Both the position numbers and the translations under genes were made by a program. A DNA stretch of 64,000 nucleotides, taken from assembly GCF_009914755.1 (NCBI RefSeq), contig NC_060937.1; one strand, given 5' to 3'. Within the stretch, counting starts at the first letter, position 1. Each line of letters starts with the position of its first letter. Below are positions 1 to 13,982 of the stretch, in pieces. Under the pieces are notes generated by a model. The model was given only the letters and a program-made list of their open reading frames with translations, made no database searches and had not been told where the DNA came from. This DNA comes from the human T2T-CHM13v2.0 reference genome, Homo sapiens.

Positions 1-2415
1 TCTATTGATAAAACTTTCAATTGAATTTTGAAATTACCTGAATGTATTAATTCTAGAAGCTCTGATTGATTTATTTTAAAGATATGTATCTCTTCCTTCA
101 TTTCCTGGATTGCTTTCAAAGTTTTTTTGTGATGATTTTCAGTTTTCTCTTGGATCTCATTGAGATTCCTTGCAATCCATGATTTTCATTCTTTATCTGT
201 CATTTCTGAGTTTCCATTTTGGTTAGGGACCATTGCTGGAAAGCTAGTGTGATCCTTTGGTATCGTTACATTCATATTTTTCATAGTGCCAGAATTCTTG
301 CACTGGTTCTTTCTCATCTGGAGATGCTGGCACTTCTGATTTAAAAAAAAAAAAAAGATTTATTTTTTGCAGGTAGGATTAAAAAAAAAAAGATTTTTGT
401 GCAGGTAGGATTTTTGTTTTTCTTTCTTTCCCTATAAAATTGTTATTTTCTTTCCTTTCTCCCTCCCTACCTAGTGTGTGTGACTTTAATGTTGAGTAGG
501 GTCTTTTGGCTTTGCTTCCATAGCCCTATGCACTTCTGTCAATAGGTTTTTATTGGGGTATGAAGTTTGACCTATAAACCAGTGGATGCATGGTGCTTAT
601 GGGTAACAGCTGGCCATGGCCAATGTGGCTGGGTATATACTTGATCCTTATTTACTGGGAGAAGCTCTGTGTTGCCTCAGGCAATGGGCTGATTCATGAA
701 GTGCACAGTTGTCTGAACTCCATCCTCAGTCCTGGGGTATAGTGGGGCAGATGAGCAGATCTAGTCTGGGCAGGTTTGTTGCAGGTTCCCTGATGGCAAG
801 CACCAGCCCCAGCACTGAGGGAGAATCCAGTGGGCAGCCACCAAGCACCCAGAGGTATGCCTAGGTGTGGAGCTGGGAAACTTCCTCAGCTTTAAGTTCT
901 TTGCATGGGGATGGGGGATGGCCTAAACTCCTAATCTAGGAGAGTGGGTGCTCCAGATGCCTGAAAATCTGCCAGGCCATGTAGTGGAGAGGTGCCCTCT
1001 GGCACCAGGATCTCTGCACAAGAAAGGTGGGACAGCTGAGGCTGCTGTTCCAGGTGAGTGGTTGCTCCAAATGTCTGGAAATCTGCCTGAGCATGGAGCA
1101 GAGAAGGCCCCCCCTGCACCCAGATCTCTGCACAGGAATGATGGGGTGGCTCAGGCTGCCAATCTGGGCAAGCAGGTACTTTGAATGCTTGGAGATCTCC
1201 CCTGGTGTGGAGCAGAGAGGGATATCTGCACTACAATCTATGCCCAGAAAGGGTGGGGCAGCACAGCTTGCTGATCCAGGTGGGTGGGTGCTTTGAATGC
1301 CTGGAGATCTATCTGCCTGGCATGAAATGGAGAGGTGCCCCCTGTAAAGAATCTCTGTACAGGAAAGATAGGGTGATTCAGGCCACTATTCCATGTGAGT
1401 GGTTGTCCACATGCCTGGTGATCTGCCTCCGTGTGGAGCAGAGAGGGTCCCAGTGCACCGTGATCTATGCACAGGAAGGGTTGGGTGGCTCAGGTTGCTG
1501 ATCCAGGTGAGGGGGTGCTTTGACCTGGAGATCTGCCTGGTTATGGAGCAGAAGAGCCCTGCTGCACCTTGGTCTATGTCCATGATGGGTGGTGTGGCTC
1601 AGGCTGCTGGTCTGGGCAAGCAGGTCCTCTGAACACCTGGTTTTCTGCCTGAGGGTGGAGAAGAGATGACCCCGCTACACAATAATCTCAGAGGAGCAGG
1701 CTGGGGCACCCAGAAATGACACGTGAAGATCAGTTCCAGTTTGCTAAGCTGGTCCTGGCTGTAAGTCTTGTCATCCAGGGGAAACTGCCGCTGTAGCAGC
1801 TCTCCTCCTGCTCCAGGCCTACAGTGGTTGAGAACACAGTTCTGGTGTAGCTACTGCTCAGGCACTTTCCACAGTTCTGACTGTGGAGGTCCCTACCTTG
1901 CTCCAGAGCAGATGCTCCAATCTCTGGCCCAAGACTAAAATGCCCCTGCAGCCACACTGCCAGGTTACCAAACAATGGAGGTCTTTGTATATGCCCAGAT
2001 TAAAAATGGCAACCTACATTTTTAATGCAGTGTTGCGTGTCTGGGAAAATGCCTGCAGCTATTCCTGGTGTCTTTCCCTTACAGCATCTCCAAGTGTCTC
2101 CCCAAGTTAGCTCAAGGGCTTGGGAGAAACAAAGTGCTGTCCCTCAGCCTGGGCTGCTCAGATCCTCAGTGGAAAGGTAAGTCACCGAGGGAGGCTCTCT
2201 GCCTCCCTTGCATACTGGAGCTTCGCTCTTATCAGCTAGTTGCCATCACAGGGGCTATTTGCCATTCTCCGCTGCAGGATCTAAGATGTCCTTCATGATT
2301 GTGGTAGATTCCCATTTTCCTTATTAAATTAAAGCTCACAGATTTGATTTTATGCACTATTTTGCTATTTCCAAGTGGTAGAGGCATGCTAAAAACCTCT
2401 AATCCACCATCTGGA
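1..2415 (-). mobile_element. Ancient LINE-1 (L1PB/L1M-type) 5' portion: 5'UTR with monomer array plus start of ORF1 region
   Basis: T-rich antisense L1-like sequence at 1-~330, a GC-richer 5'UTR with a ~112-bp tandem array, and an end at ...aatccaccatctgg resembling the reverse complement of the L1 5' caagatgg motif. Subfamily uncertain. Confidence 0.7.
935..1710. repeat. Degenerate tandem array, ~112-bp unit, ~7 copies (L1 5'UTR monomers)
   Basis: Recurring core (t)gcctggagatctgcc..ggagcagag..atct(c/a)tgcacag..ggctcaggctgc at about 955, 1067, 1181, 1292, 1406, 1518 and 1628. Confidence 0.9.
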
Positions 2416-3502
2416 AAGAAGGACCCAATTTTCCTTCTTTATTCTTATCATGCAATTATTCTCTCTCTGAATAATGTGTCTCCAGAAAATTGTCTGGTCT
2501 GATAGTAAATCGAAACCAAATTTCTGGGAATTTTAGATTCTTTCATCTGCCCTCTAACTCTCACTCTCTCAAATATACCTCTTGACTGTCTCTTGAATTA
2601 ATCCTTTCTGGTCACTGTCATTGATCTGACTCAGGCTTCATTAACTTCTCCCAAATTCATATATTAGTTTCCTGACTAATCTTTCTGACTCCAATGCATA
2701 ATCTGCTCCTAAAACACATACCTTATTATGTTGATCTCTTGCTCAAAATATTCAGCAGATTAAAGTTTAAAGTTATTTATATGCGTTCACATTTTTCAAG
2801 ATTTTACTCTTACAGTGTGCACAGCCTCCTGTTCAGCATCTCTTTTTATAAACTTCCAACTTCTATTTTGTGTGCTCCCACAGCTCTGAATTATTTGAAG
2901 TATGAAAATCAAGGTGTGTCTGTTTGTCAAATTCAAGAGCTTTTATGTGAGTCCTAAACTGTTCTCTGCTGTAGTGTCAGTTTCCTCCCACCTTATTCTG
3001 GATATGTTTGAAATAATGGATTAATTCGATTATTGATCCTGTATTTCAGAGATGAATTAGACATAAATCAAAGAAAAATGTGGAGCTCTTGAAACCTGAG
3101 ATTGATGGTGTTGGCTTCTATATTTCTACATTTGATGGCTGGGTGCTGTTTCATTAGGGCCAGGGTAGAAGATAAAATTCCTATAAATTCATGGAAGCTT
3201 TGTGGTTGGTACTTAGAGAAGTACTGTGTAAGTCCTCCAGATTCTGCAGTGAAAAGCAACAAACACTTAAGAATTGGATGGATCAGTCTTTCAAATGAAG
3301 GACTTTGCTTTAATATGCTTGTATCACTTACCTCCCATTATTACCCACAATCCTGATGTCAGATTTTTATTTTTGTTTAAGTGAAGCAAAAAAGAACTTT
3401 TGGAAAAAGTACATTTACAAAAGACCAAGGAAACAGAATTCTCTCTATGTAAAGAAGAGTGAGTTTTTCACATTCTGTGAGCTCTCACTTTGGGCATTGC
3501 AT

Positions 3503-3541
3503 ACACACATACACACACACACGCACACACACACACACACA
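3503..3541. repeat. (CA)n microsatellite
   Basis: Directly visible imperfect CA run. Confidence 0.9.
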
Positions 3542-4699
3542 CCATGAAATCTAAGAAGGTTTAGAACAATATTAAAAATTAAATGTATGAGGTAATGCAG
3601 AGTGAAGGGAAGAATGTCAACCTACTTCTGAACAGACAGTGTAAACTTTTTGTGTAATAGTTGCATACCCTAGTAACTAAAGGATCTGATATAATGAGAT
3701 ACAGCTGAGCTTTGGGAAATTTTATCAACCATTTGATTTCAAGTGATTTCATTCTATCCTTAACTTGCAGCACTGGGCTTTGATATTGAAATAGGAAGAG
3801 AACACTGAATCAGATATTTTTTTTCTTGTACTTGCCATTTCAAAGAACTTTACAATTATTATTGCCTTCCCAAGAAGTAGGTAGAATTAAAGTGCTTTGA
3901 TTTTTTTGTTGTTAGAGTGTGAGAAATCCTAACATGACAAATGACTTGGAGGTTAGAATAGAGCAAATCAGGACCAGAACAATGTTTAAAATTTATTGAT
4001 TTCAAAGATTGTAGTCACTCAACTGATCTATTTTCAGTTTAGAAAATAGTGGGATGTTACACTTTGTAATACTAAGCGCTGTATGGTTGAAGTTAAAGCC
4101 CAGTAAGTCCATTTTACCAGGAGTCAGGAATTTTGAGTTCTAATCCTTGCTACAACTCTTAATTTTAGTTAACACTAATATTTCTGGAATTCAGTTGTAT
4201 TATCTGTAAAATAAAACAATTCAGATGAATTTGACTAGAGTGAGGAGACTGCTTCATATGACTTCCTAACCTCAGGGTTTTTCAGTCAGTGTTTCTTATT
4301 GAGGTATAAAAGACCATGTTCCAGAGATGGCACCTCACAGAGACATGAAATTGATAGGATTTAATATTCATATTCTTCTCAACAGACCTTTTATTTAAAT
4401 AGGCAAAATAGATACTCTCTTTTACAAAGGGGACACTGGGGCACTCAGTGGAGTGCCTTTGTTCAGTACCATAGCTACTCACCTCCATTCAGAATGCCTT
4501 CTTTCATGAACTTGCTGGGGAATTGTTGTTTTTTAGTTTATTAATATTATTAAATAACCACTGTCTTTAAAGTCTTATAATTTCTCAAACATATTGCTTT
4601 CTTTCCATACCAAATTAAGTATCATATTTTAGGACAGAATTATAAATTCCAAGTGAAAACACTTCTACAGAGTTAACAACAAACTCTGATTAATATTAG

Positions 4700-4930
4700 C
4701 TAATTCATCAAACATTTACTATTCTAGGTTGATTATATATATATATATATATATAAATTCATTTAATTCTCATAACAGTTCTTTGAGGGTAGGTTCCACT
4801 ATCATCTCATCTCCACTGGTGAAGAAACAGATGCATTCTGAGTTTAGTAATCTATCTATGGTCGATCAGCTAGTTATGGCCAGAGCCAGGATTTGGAAAG
4901 CTGGTTTCAAAATCCAAATTCTTGACTAGT
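4700..4930. mobile_element. MIR SINE fragment
   Basis: MIR core-like words (atttaattctcataac, gaagaaacagatgc, ggccagagccaggattt). Confidence 0.6.
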
Positions 4931-5824
4931 TTACTAAATTGTTGGACCATACACTCTAAATACAACTGGCATTCTAAGCCATGTTGATATGGGCATATAA
5001 CCTATAGAAAGGAACAGAAATATAGAATATACACATGTGCTTTAGAATCTTATTAGATAAATGTGCAGAGGAAGATTATATTTAGGGCAAATGCATAACA
5101 AGGGTGGGACTCTCAATGGTTTGGGATTCACAGCAAGAGTTAAGAGTTTTATGTCTATCTTTGTTTGCTTAAAGCAAACTGAAATTCCATTTTGATTTTA
5201 TTTTCTTCAAGAGCCAACTACTTTACACATATAAAGTTCCAACTGAATAGCAATGCAGCATCTAGATTTGATAGCTGTCCTCCTCTGTAAAAAGAAAAGA
5301 ACGAGAATCAGTCTAGCTATTGCATCTTAGGAATTACTTCCGTGAAGATGCCTTCCATGATTCTCCTAGTCTGAGCCAGATAGCCCTCTGTGCTTCCATG
5401 GCAACTCACACTTTCTTCTGCCTTGACCCTACACAGGGTCCTGTAATCACCTGTGAGCTTGTCTGTATTCTTCACTGGTCTGACAGACCTTTCAAGATCA
5501 GGGATTTTCTTATCCATCTTTGCAGCTTTCTGCCCAGCAGATGCTTTGTACTTAATAGACATTCAGTAGGCATTTGCTAAAGTAAAATAAAGGTGTCTTC
5601 AAACTAGCTTAGGAAATATTCTGGAGAGACAATGTGTTATTTATTTTTTTATTCTACCCACGTCTGACTGTTAGTTCTTCTATGGAGTACCTACTTTATG
5701 CAAGCAAATACTTGTTCTCTATCTACCTATTATGTTTATATATTGTAGCTATTTAACATGTGTTGTTGATTGAATTACATTGGAATAGGTCCTTTAGATG
5801 TATTAGAGAACTGGAAGTAGTTTA

Positions 5825-6190
5825 GTCAGTTTAGGCTAGGCTGTGTTTGGTAACAAACCAACCTCTAAATTTCAGTGTCTTAACACATAAAGGTTATTTC
5901 TCAGTCATGCAGAATGGTCCAGTGGTGACTCTCAAACAGCAGCTCCTTTCCAAATGGCGACTGCAAGTTTCAGGCCTCTGGCAGCTTGTAGCTCTGCCAT
6001 GGAAAACAGGAGGCTTCCAGATCACCATGACAGGAAAAGAGAGAGCTGGGCACTGGCTCCCAAATGCGTTGGTCTGAAAATGACACACTTTGCTTCTGCT
6101 CACAGCCCTTTGGCAAAAACTAGTCACCTGGTCCTGTCTACTGCAGGGGGGCAGGGGAGTGTGGGAGAGGAGAACCATAAATAGCCTGCC
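5825..6190. mobile_element. MLT1-type (MaLR) LTR fragment
   Basis: Resembles old MLT1J/K consensus (gtaacaaac..aaatttcagtg..ttaacacataaaggttatttctc; aaaactagtcacctgg). Confidence 0.55.
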
Positions 6191-7239
6191 TGGAGGTAGA
6201 GAGAGTGAAGTAGGGTCTAATCATCAATACTGACATTTAGTTTTCGGTCTGGTGCGTTCATTTTTAGAAAGAGAAGCTAATTAATTTCTAAAAATAGTTA
6301 ATACATTATTTCAAAGGAATTCATATAAAGATCAGAGAATACTACCCCACCCCCTTTATTGACAGGACCCAAATTAATAAATGGTTTTTAAAAAAGTTAG
6401 CAAATAAGAGAAACATCAAAATAATTTTTCAGCCCAAGATCTTTTCTTTAAAGATAATATTAATAAATCAATTGATAATACCCTTATTAATTCTTAGCCC
6501 CCAGTGAAGTTTCTGTCCAAGCAGAGATTCCTGACCTCTCTGATTTTCAAAGTCCTGAGAGAGTTAGGCAAAAAGAGGCATATCCATGGGCAAGTGCTGT
6601 CAAAATAACTTGGTCACTGCTTCTCCCTTGAGGTGACCTGCCTGCCTTTTTTGTACCTGAGAAAATTGCCAGTAAAAATGACTGATTGAAGCTTTAACTT
6701 TCTCATTTGGAGTGCTGAGAGGTGAGCTTTCTTAACTCTAGAATACAAATATTAAAGCAGCCCACAAAAAGCTCTTCTAACACAGTGTAAGATATCAGGA
6801 TGAAAGAATTGATAAGCTCCAATTCTTTTTATTTGTTGTATCTTCTATCAATTATCTAGTGGATCTGGAATGGCCTAAGCCTTGCTATATCAAGCTTTTC
6901 TAGAGACAGATTCTAATCTGCATGCTTATGGTTAAAGGAGGCATTGTAATATGGCACATGACCAAGAAAGCACCCTCAGCCTGTTTCTTCAGGAGTGTCA
7001 GAGTTCTCAGGACATCACGGGGAAGCACAGGTATGGATTCATCAAGTCATTTAACTTCCTAGAGTATATGGATGAACTGTATTTCCAAGATCTCAGTGGG
7101 ATTATGTCCCTGAATTGTGAGCAGCAATGGCAATTAGGAGAGGATGTATTTAAGAATTCCCTTTTCTCCATAGCCTCATCAGCATCTGTTGTTTTTTGAC
7201 TTTTTATTAACAGCCCTTCTGGCTGGTGTGAGATAGTAT

Positions 7240-7500
7240 CGCAGGAACAGAAAACCAAACACTGGACATTCTCACTTATAAGTGGGAGCTAATCACTGAG
7301 CACACATGGACATAAATGTGGGAACAACTGACACTGTGTACCTCTAAAGGGTGCAGGCGGGGATGGGTCAAAAAACTACATATTAGGTACTATGCTTACT
7401 ACTTGAGTGATGGGATCCATACTCCAAACCTCAACATTATGCAATATTCCCATCTAACAAATCTGTATATGTACCCTCTGTATCTAAAATAAAAGTTTGA
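7240..7500 (+). mobile_element. L1 3' end fragment (L1PB-like)
   Basis: caggaacagaaaaccaaac..ttctcacttataagtgggagcta..tgtatctaaaataaaag matches the L1 ORF2 end and 3'UTR. Confidence 0.85.
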
Positions 7501-7569
7501 ATACATTGTAAAAATATTTTATTTTTATAAATGAGGGGGTGCTCTGGCACCCCAGTGAGTCAGTTGAGT

Positions 7570-7790
7570 GCACTGACTGATGGGGGCCTTGCCATCCTTA
7601 GGATGTGGCTTCCAAGACCACACTGGCCATCAGTATCTAGCTGGAAAAAGGAGAAATAGCATAGAAGGTGGCAGCTGAGCGGCTTTTATGGGCCTGGCTT
7701 GCCAATCATCGGCCAGAATTCATTCACACGCCACATCTTCCCATAAGGAAGGCTGGCAAATGTGGCCAAGGGTGTGCCAGGAAGAAGACA
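7570..7790. mobile_element. MLT1-type LTR fragment
   Basis: ggccagaattcattcacacgccacat..aaggaaggctggcaaatgtgg..gtgtgccaggaagaag, typical of MLT1K/L. Confidence 0.5.
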
Positions 7791-8072
7791 ACTAGCAGGC
7801 TTATTTAATTTCTACAGCAGCTCTATGACCAGAGACTGCTATGATACTCACTTTACAGGTGAGTAAACTGAGTAGCCAAAAAATTTCTTTGCTAAAGATC
7901 TGCTTGAAAGTGGCAGAGCCTGGAAGTGAACCCGAGTCGTCTTACCAGAGCTGGGCTTAACCACACTCTGCAACATCCTTTCTTTACACAATGCAGTATA
8001 TTACATGCACTGTGCTCCACTTTGTTTCTTTTCGCCTTAAGAATATTTAGTGGTGATTGTTCAATCCTAGTA

Positions 8073-8660
8073 CAGTTGACTTTCCTTATCCACTAGGGTA
8101 AGTTCCAAGACTCCCAGTGGATGCCTGAAACCATGGATAGTACAGAATACTGTATGTGTTATGCACAAATTTCTTTTTCTTTCTTCACAATGTCATAGAT
8201 TTGTTCTTACCATGTATCTTAGCAACTGCAGCATGTGATTTTTTTTCTTAAGTTGAGGGCTTTCACCTTTTTACTGAAAGGAAGCACTATGACTTCTTTT
8301 CGGCACATCCGGTTAGCCGGTATTCCTACTCTTGCACTTTGGTGCCATTATTAAGTAAAATAAGGCTTACTTGAACCAAGCACTGTAATATCAAGACAGT
8401 TGATTTGATAACCTAGAGGGTTTCTAAGTGACTAGTGGGCAGGGAGCATTAACAGCGTGGGTACTCTGGACAAAGGGATGATTCATGTCCGGGGTGGAAG
8501 AGGGACCATGCAAGATTTCACAATGCTACTCAGAATGCTTTGTGATATAAGAATTATGAATTGTTTATTTCTGCAATTTTCTATGTAATGTTTTCAGATC
8601 ATGGTTGGCTATGGGTAGCTGAATCTGTAGAAAGCAAAACTGGACAAGTGGGAACTGTTG
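8073..8660. mobile_element. MER44-like (Tigger/TcMar) non-autonomous DNA transposon
   Basis: Flanked by TA on both sides (8071-8072, 8661-8662), degenerate terminal inverted repeats, internal sequence resembling MER44. Confidence 0.7.
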
Positions 8661-9114
8661 TACACATATGGCTGTTTCTTGACAGCTATTTATTACTCAA
8701 TTATAGAAATCATAATTAACTACTCTTATCATGACTATTATTTTGTTTCTATCTTTCCCCCATTATAATCTGTAATACAGAGAATATCCCCCAAAATTTG
8801 CATCTTCACACGTTGAGTATAAGAAGACAAATAATTTTCACACATGTGAAAGTACATGAAGACAAATTTTTAGAATTAAAATTGCTTGGATAAATGATAT
8901 ATATATAATTACTTTTGATAGACATTTTCAAATTTCCTTAACATGAGATCATTTTTTACAACAAAAAGTACCATTTATACACCTATGAACAAAGTATACA
9001 AATTTCCCTACACTCACGCCACACACAGGTTTTCAGCTTTTTTGATTTTTGCTAAATTGTAAGTAAAAACGGAATTTGATAGTCTTAATTTTTTCTCTTA
9101 ATACAATAGATCTT

Positions 9115-9746
9115 TGAGGAGTCCGGCTCCTGCTAAAAAACCTTTGTGTGATTTTTCAGACCTGACCATAGGCAATTTAAAAGGCTTTGCCTGGCAGGCC
9201 TCGTGGAGGAAGCTGCCCTCCCCACACAGACTTAGTGCATAGCCCCTGAACAGCAGCCTCTGTGAGGACTTGCAGTTAAGGACCTAGGAACCCTTGGCCT
9301 ACCATGCCCTTATGCAAAGCTGCCTTTCTAGCTCAGGCTCTTTCATTCAGAAGCCTCTTTATCTGGGGGTTTCGCTGAGATATTCCTCACGTGTCTCTGT
9401 TGATATCTCCTTTTGGGCAAGTGGGGTATGGGGAGATTTGAAGACACTTTTCTCCACTCTGACTCAGTACTACAGTACCCAGTACTTTTCCATACTTCAT
9501 CATTGCCCTCCTTTAGCTCTGAGTCCATAAAGCTGCAGGAGCCTTTTTTTGGGGGCTTCCTCTGTGCTGATCCACGTTGCTCTACTGACACTGTTCCATG
9601 GAAGGAAATGAGCCAGGAGGAGCCAATGTTTTCTCTGGCTTAGTCCCTTTGCAGGAAGTAATTAAAAGCTTCACTGTAACTTTCATTTTGGCTTATTGTT
9701 TTCATTGGCTACCCTGACATCTGGCAGCTGAGCTGAGCTCCTGACA
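9115..9746. mobile_element. Solo LTR (probably ERVL class)
   Basis: TG...CA termini (tgaggag / ctcctgaca), near-perfect 5-bp TSD atctt/atgtt, attaaa polyA-like signal near 9661, GC step relative to the flanking L1. Confidence 0.7.
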
Positions 9747-10479
9747 ATGTTAAAATGTCTACATATATGTAAATTTATTGCAGCTTTTCTGTCTTTTTAG
9801 TGATAGTTCATATCTTTTGCTTACTGTTTTTTTGGGATATTATTCAATATTTTCTTTTCCATTTAAAGATTTATGTATTAAGAAAATTAATCATTTACCT
9901 ATATGTAATATTTTTGTTTTGGCCAATTTTTCATTTGTCTTTTGATTTTAATTATAGTGTTTTTTTTTTTCTATGAATTAAATTCTTAAAAATTGTGGTT
10001 GAATTTATGATTCTCATAAGAATGCCTGTTTTTCTTTTTTGGGTCAGGTTAAGAAAAAGTCTTTTTTTTCAGTGAGATTATAAGACATCTCTATCTGTAT
10101 TTTCTTTGTACAATTAAATCTTTGTGTTATTTGCAATTTTGTTGTAAAAAGTGTAAGATAATTCAATTGCAGTTTTCTTTATGGCTATTCAATTATCCCA
10201 ACATCATTTAGTGAATAATTTGTTTTCCTCCATTCTTATAAAATGTCACCTTTTTGATATAAAGAATTCCTATATGTACTTGAGTTTATTTCTAGTTAGT
10301 CCATAGATCTGTATTTTTACAATTTATTACTGCAGATTTAAATTTACTGTGGATTTAAACATGTTTTGCTGTCATATTGTAGACATTCCTTTTATTTAAA
10401 AATTTCTTGGCTGATTTATTTTTATACAGGTGTTTTAAAAATCAGCTTGAGAAGTTAATAAGCCTATTTTTCTAGAGAT

Positions 10480-10925
10480 CACATACATTCATATATATGT
10501 TTCATATTCATATATGTATGTATACACACATTTATATACATATATACATATGTATACACACATACACATATGTATGCGTGCATAAACATGCACATGCACA
10601 TACATATGCATGTATGTATATATGCATGAATACATATACATATGCATGCATGTATATATACACATATGTATGTGTTTGTGTATACATATGTATATGTATG
10701 TATAAACACATGTATGTATATACACATATACATGTATATATACACATATACACATATATATACACATATACACGTATGTATATACGTATATACACGTATA
10801 TAGGCATATATACGTGTGTATATACGTATATACGCATGTATATGCGCCTATATACGTGTGTATATATACGTATATACACATGTATATGCATATATACACA
10901 TTATGAGTATATATGTATAAACATA
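10480..10925. repeat. ~445-bp alternating purine-pyrimidine low-complexity tract (TA/CA/TG)n
   Basis: Directly visible; produces the spurious Y/I/H/C/M-rich ORFs in the track. Confidence 0.95.
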
Positions 10926-12814
10926 AATATAGGGAGAATTGTTTCTTTTCACCCTAGAACAAGTTATACTTTTATTTGGGTATTTAGTTTCTTCAGGTGC
11001 ATTTAAAAGTATTCATCTAAATTTCTTTTTAAGCTTATAACACATTTGATCTTTTTTTACTGTTTTCTTTTTATAGTTTCTTTTATAGTTTCTAATTGCT
11101 TGTTATTATATATATATATGTTACTCATTTTGTATATCAACTTTATTCACAGTCACATTAAAATAATTATTAAGAGGCTGTGAGTTTGGTGGTAAAGATC
11201 TCACAGGCCAGCACCAGACAACCTGGTTTTGAATCCCAGCCTTGACACATTCTGGTTGTTATTGTGAGGATTAAAGGGAATTCATGAAACATGCTTAGAA
11301 TAGTACTTAATCAACTTAATCATTATCTCAGATAGCAGTATAAAAGTTTTCCTTGCTTCAGAAAAAGAATTTTGATGCTTTCCTGTTTCTATACTTGGAA
11401 AAAGTTCAAATAGAAGCTTTTCTTTTTGTTAATATAAAGATAAATAAGACACATTTCCTCCCCTTCAGGGAAATTGTTTTCTTGTTTGCCAACTCATTTG
11501 AATCTCTAAATTTTTTTTTGATAAAAGAATAATTAGACTAAATTCATAAATAAGGAATCTGCTACTCAGGCTGAAAAAGTGTCTAAGCCAACATTTAAAT
11601 CCAATTCCCCTTACTCTACAGACAACAATCAAGATTTAAACATGTTAGCACAGTAAAAGCAAAGCTTCAGGGACCTCTTTATTTGAAAATACATGTTCTT
11701 TTAACTAAAAAAATAATTACTCTTCCACATTTATTGATTAATGGAATGTTTTCCTGTAATACACTTCAGTATAAAATGTATACAATGTACTCTACACTTA
11801 AGTTCAATTTATGGAACGCTCCAAAGAAAAGAAGAGCAAAAATAGTACTGTTGATTTTCACCCTTTGCTTTTGTGTCTTCCTTTATTATCTTTTCTCCAT
11901 CATGCTCTTCTATAGTTCTGACCTATAGAATATCTGGCCTGGGTTACTACCAACCTTGTAAAATGGTTTCTTGGACTCTAGTTTTGTTCCTTCTCCACAC
12001 AACCACTAGAGCAATATATTGCAAATTTGATCATGTTTCCTTTCCAGCCTGAAATCTTGCTGGAATGCTCTAGCAATACGAAATGCTCAAGGTTGTCTTG
12101 AGCATACAAAGTACCTTTTCATCTTGTGAGTTTGGCCTCTTCACTGCCATACCCCATTTTCCTTCCTCTCACTTAAAAAAAAAAAAAATCTGGCTCACGA
12201 TTTACTTTCTCCAGCAAGCTCTCTTTTTACTTCTGAGCCCGTAAGTGTTTGGGTGCTCCACTACAATGCACCCATCATATCCTTCCATGCCTTCCTCTCT
12301 CCTAGCACTTACAAATGTTCATCCTCATGTGCCTGCAGTTTCTTAGGATTGCTGGTACCTTGGACTTGTGACCATATCTTTATTTATCTTAATATCGCCA
12401 GTACCTTGCATTTGCTTCATACACAGGAGGTTCTCCAAAGATATTGGTTCAGTGAAAGAATAAGCAAATGCCACCCATTCCCCCTGGCCATCTTTTTAGA
12501 AAGTCTGTTAGGAAAGCATTTTTTACTGGGAAAATTTTGAGAAGATTAGGCCAAAGACCTAAATCCGGGAGTCCTGGCTATTAATCCCAGTTCTGTCTTT
12601 AACTCACTCTGGAGCCCTGGCCTATCTCTGCAGGTCTGTGGATACATAAGTCTCCAGGTAGATTCGGGGTCTGTATTAGCACAGTATTGAGGTAAAATTA
12701 AGCCTCTTAAATCTCAGATTTTGGAAACTCAACCCTGCCTTACCTCACAGCAGACCCATCCTTACCCTCTATAATCTCCTCCTTTAACATTGTTTTCCCG
12801 GACATTTCCATTAG

Positions 12815-12883
12815 GATTTTTGAGCAACTGACTTAACATAGAAGGTGTGGTGTGGCAGGCTTATATCTGGAAATGTGTAGATG
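12815..12883 (+). other. Candidate non-coding exon (69 nt)
   Basis: Branch-like tttaac, pyrimidine-rich tract and ttag acceptor; donor ATG|GTAAGT. Splice signals only. Confidence 0.35.
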
Positions 12884-13494
12884 GTAAGTTTGAAACTGGT
12901 ATTAAGTCACATACACACCGATTGCCCTTGCATTAGCTCTGTGGCTATCCTGCCTCCTTTCCCAGATGTTAAGAATAAAGCACTGGTTGGTAATTAGTGA
13001 AGGAAAGGAAAAGCTGCCCCTTTAGCAAAATAATATTGAGGAGGTATGCCAGCAGGGGGTTATCTTTCCCACTACAGGATTGCTTGGTTGTTTTTTGGGT
13101 ATTTGGTGGCCTCCAAGTCCAGACCACCATGGAAAATCCAGAGCACCCCTTCTGCCTAAGCAGTGAGGGACCCAGAGGGAGAAAGGACTGATTAAACATC
13201 CTGTCTGAAGACCATCTAAAAGAGAACAGGGGGCATAGGATTGGAGCGAATGACTTGGGGGGCAGGGGAAAGTCTTGAGGAGGGAGTCTCTTTTCATCAA
13301 GGGGGAGCTTGCAGGCCCCATGCCATAAGTAGGATTGTGACTTCTTTGCAGGGAATCCCTAGATCTCTGCTCCCCTTGTAGGCTCTGTATTGCTTAACCT
13401 GCAGTAAATAACCACCTGAACATTTTTAAAGACTCTATATGTATTCTTCATGGCTTAAATAGGAAGTAGATGCCGTTTTCTTTCCCTTCTCCAG

Positions 13495-13982
<488 letters not shown>

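Larger units (their letters stand above)
8680..11150 (-). mobile_element. Old L1M fragments interrupted by an LTR and a (TA/CA)n tract
   Basis: Very T-rich antisense L1 ORF2/3' type sequence (e.g. ggctattcaattatcccaacatcatttagtgaataa). Boundaries approximate. Confidence 0.55.

Noticed and set aside
935-1710. Regularly spaced repeats resembling a CRISPR array, with overlapping ORFs
   Set aside because: Units are degenerate along their whole length with no unique spacers, the context is a primate L1 5'UTR, and no cas genes are present.
10479-11006. Four overlapping ORFs of 88-169 aa
   Set aside because: Artefacts of a stop-poor dinucleotide repeat.
13048-13062. CTCF-like motifs (also near 47593 and 51596)
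   Set aside because: Each deviates at core positions and cannot be supported without PWM scoring or ChIP data.
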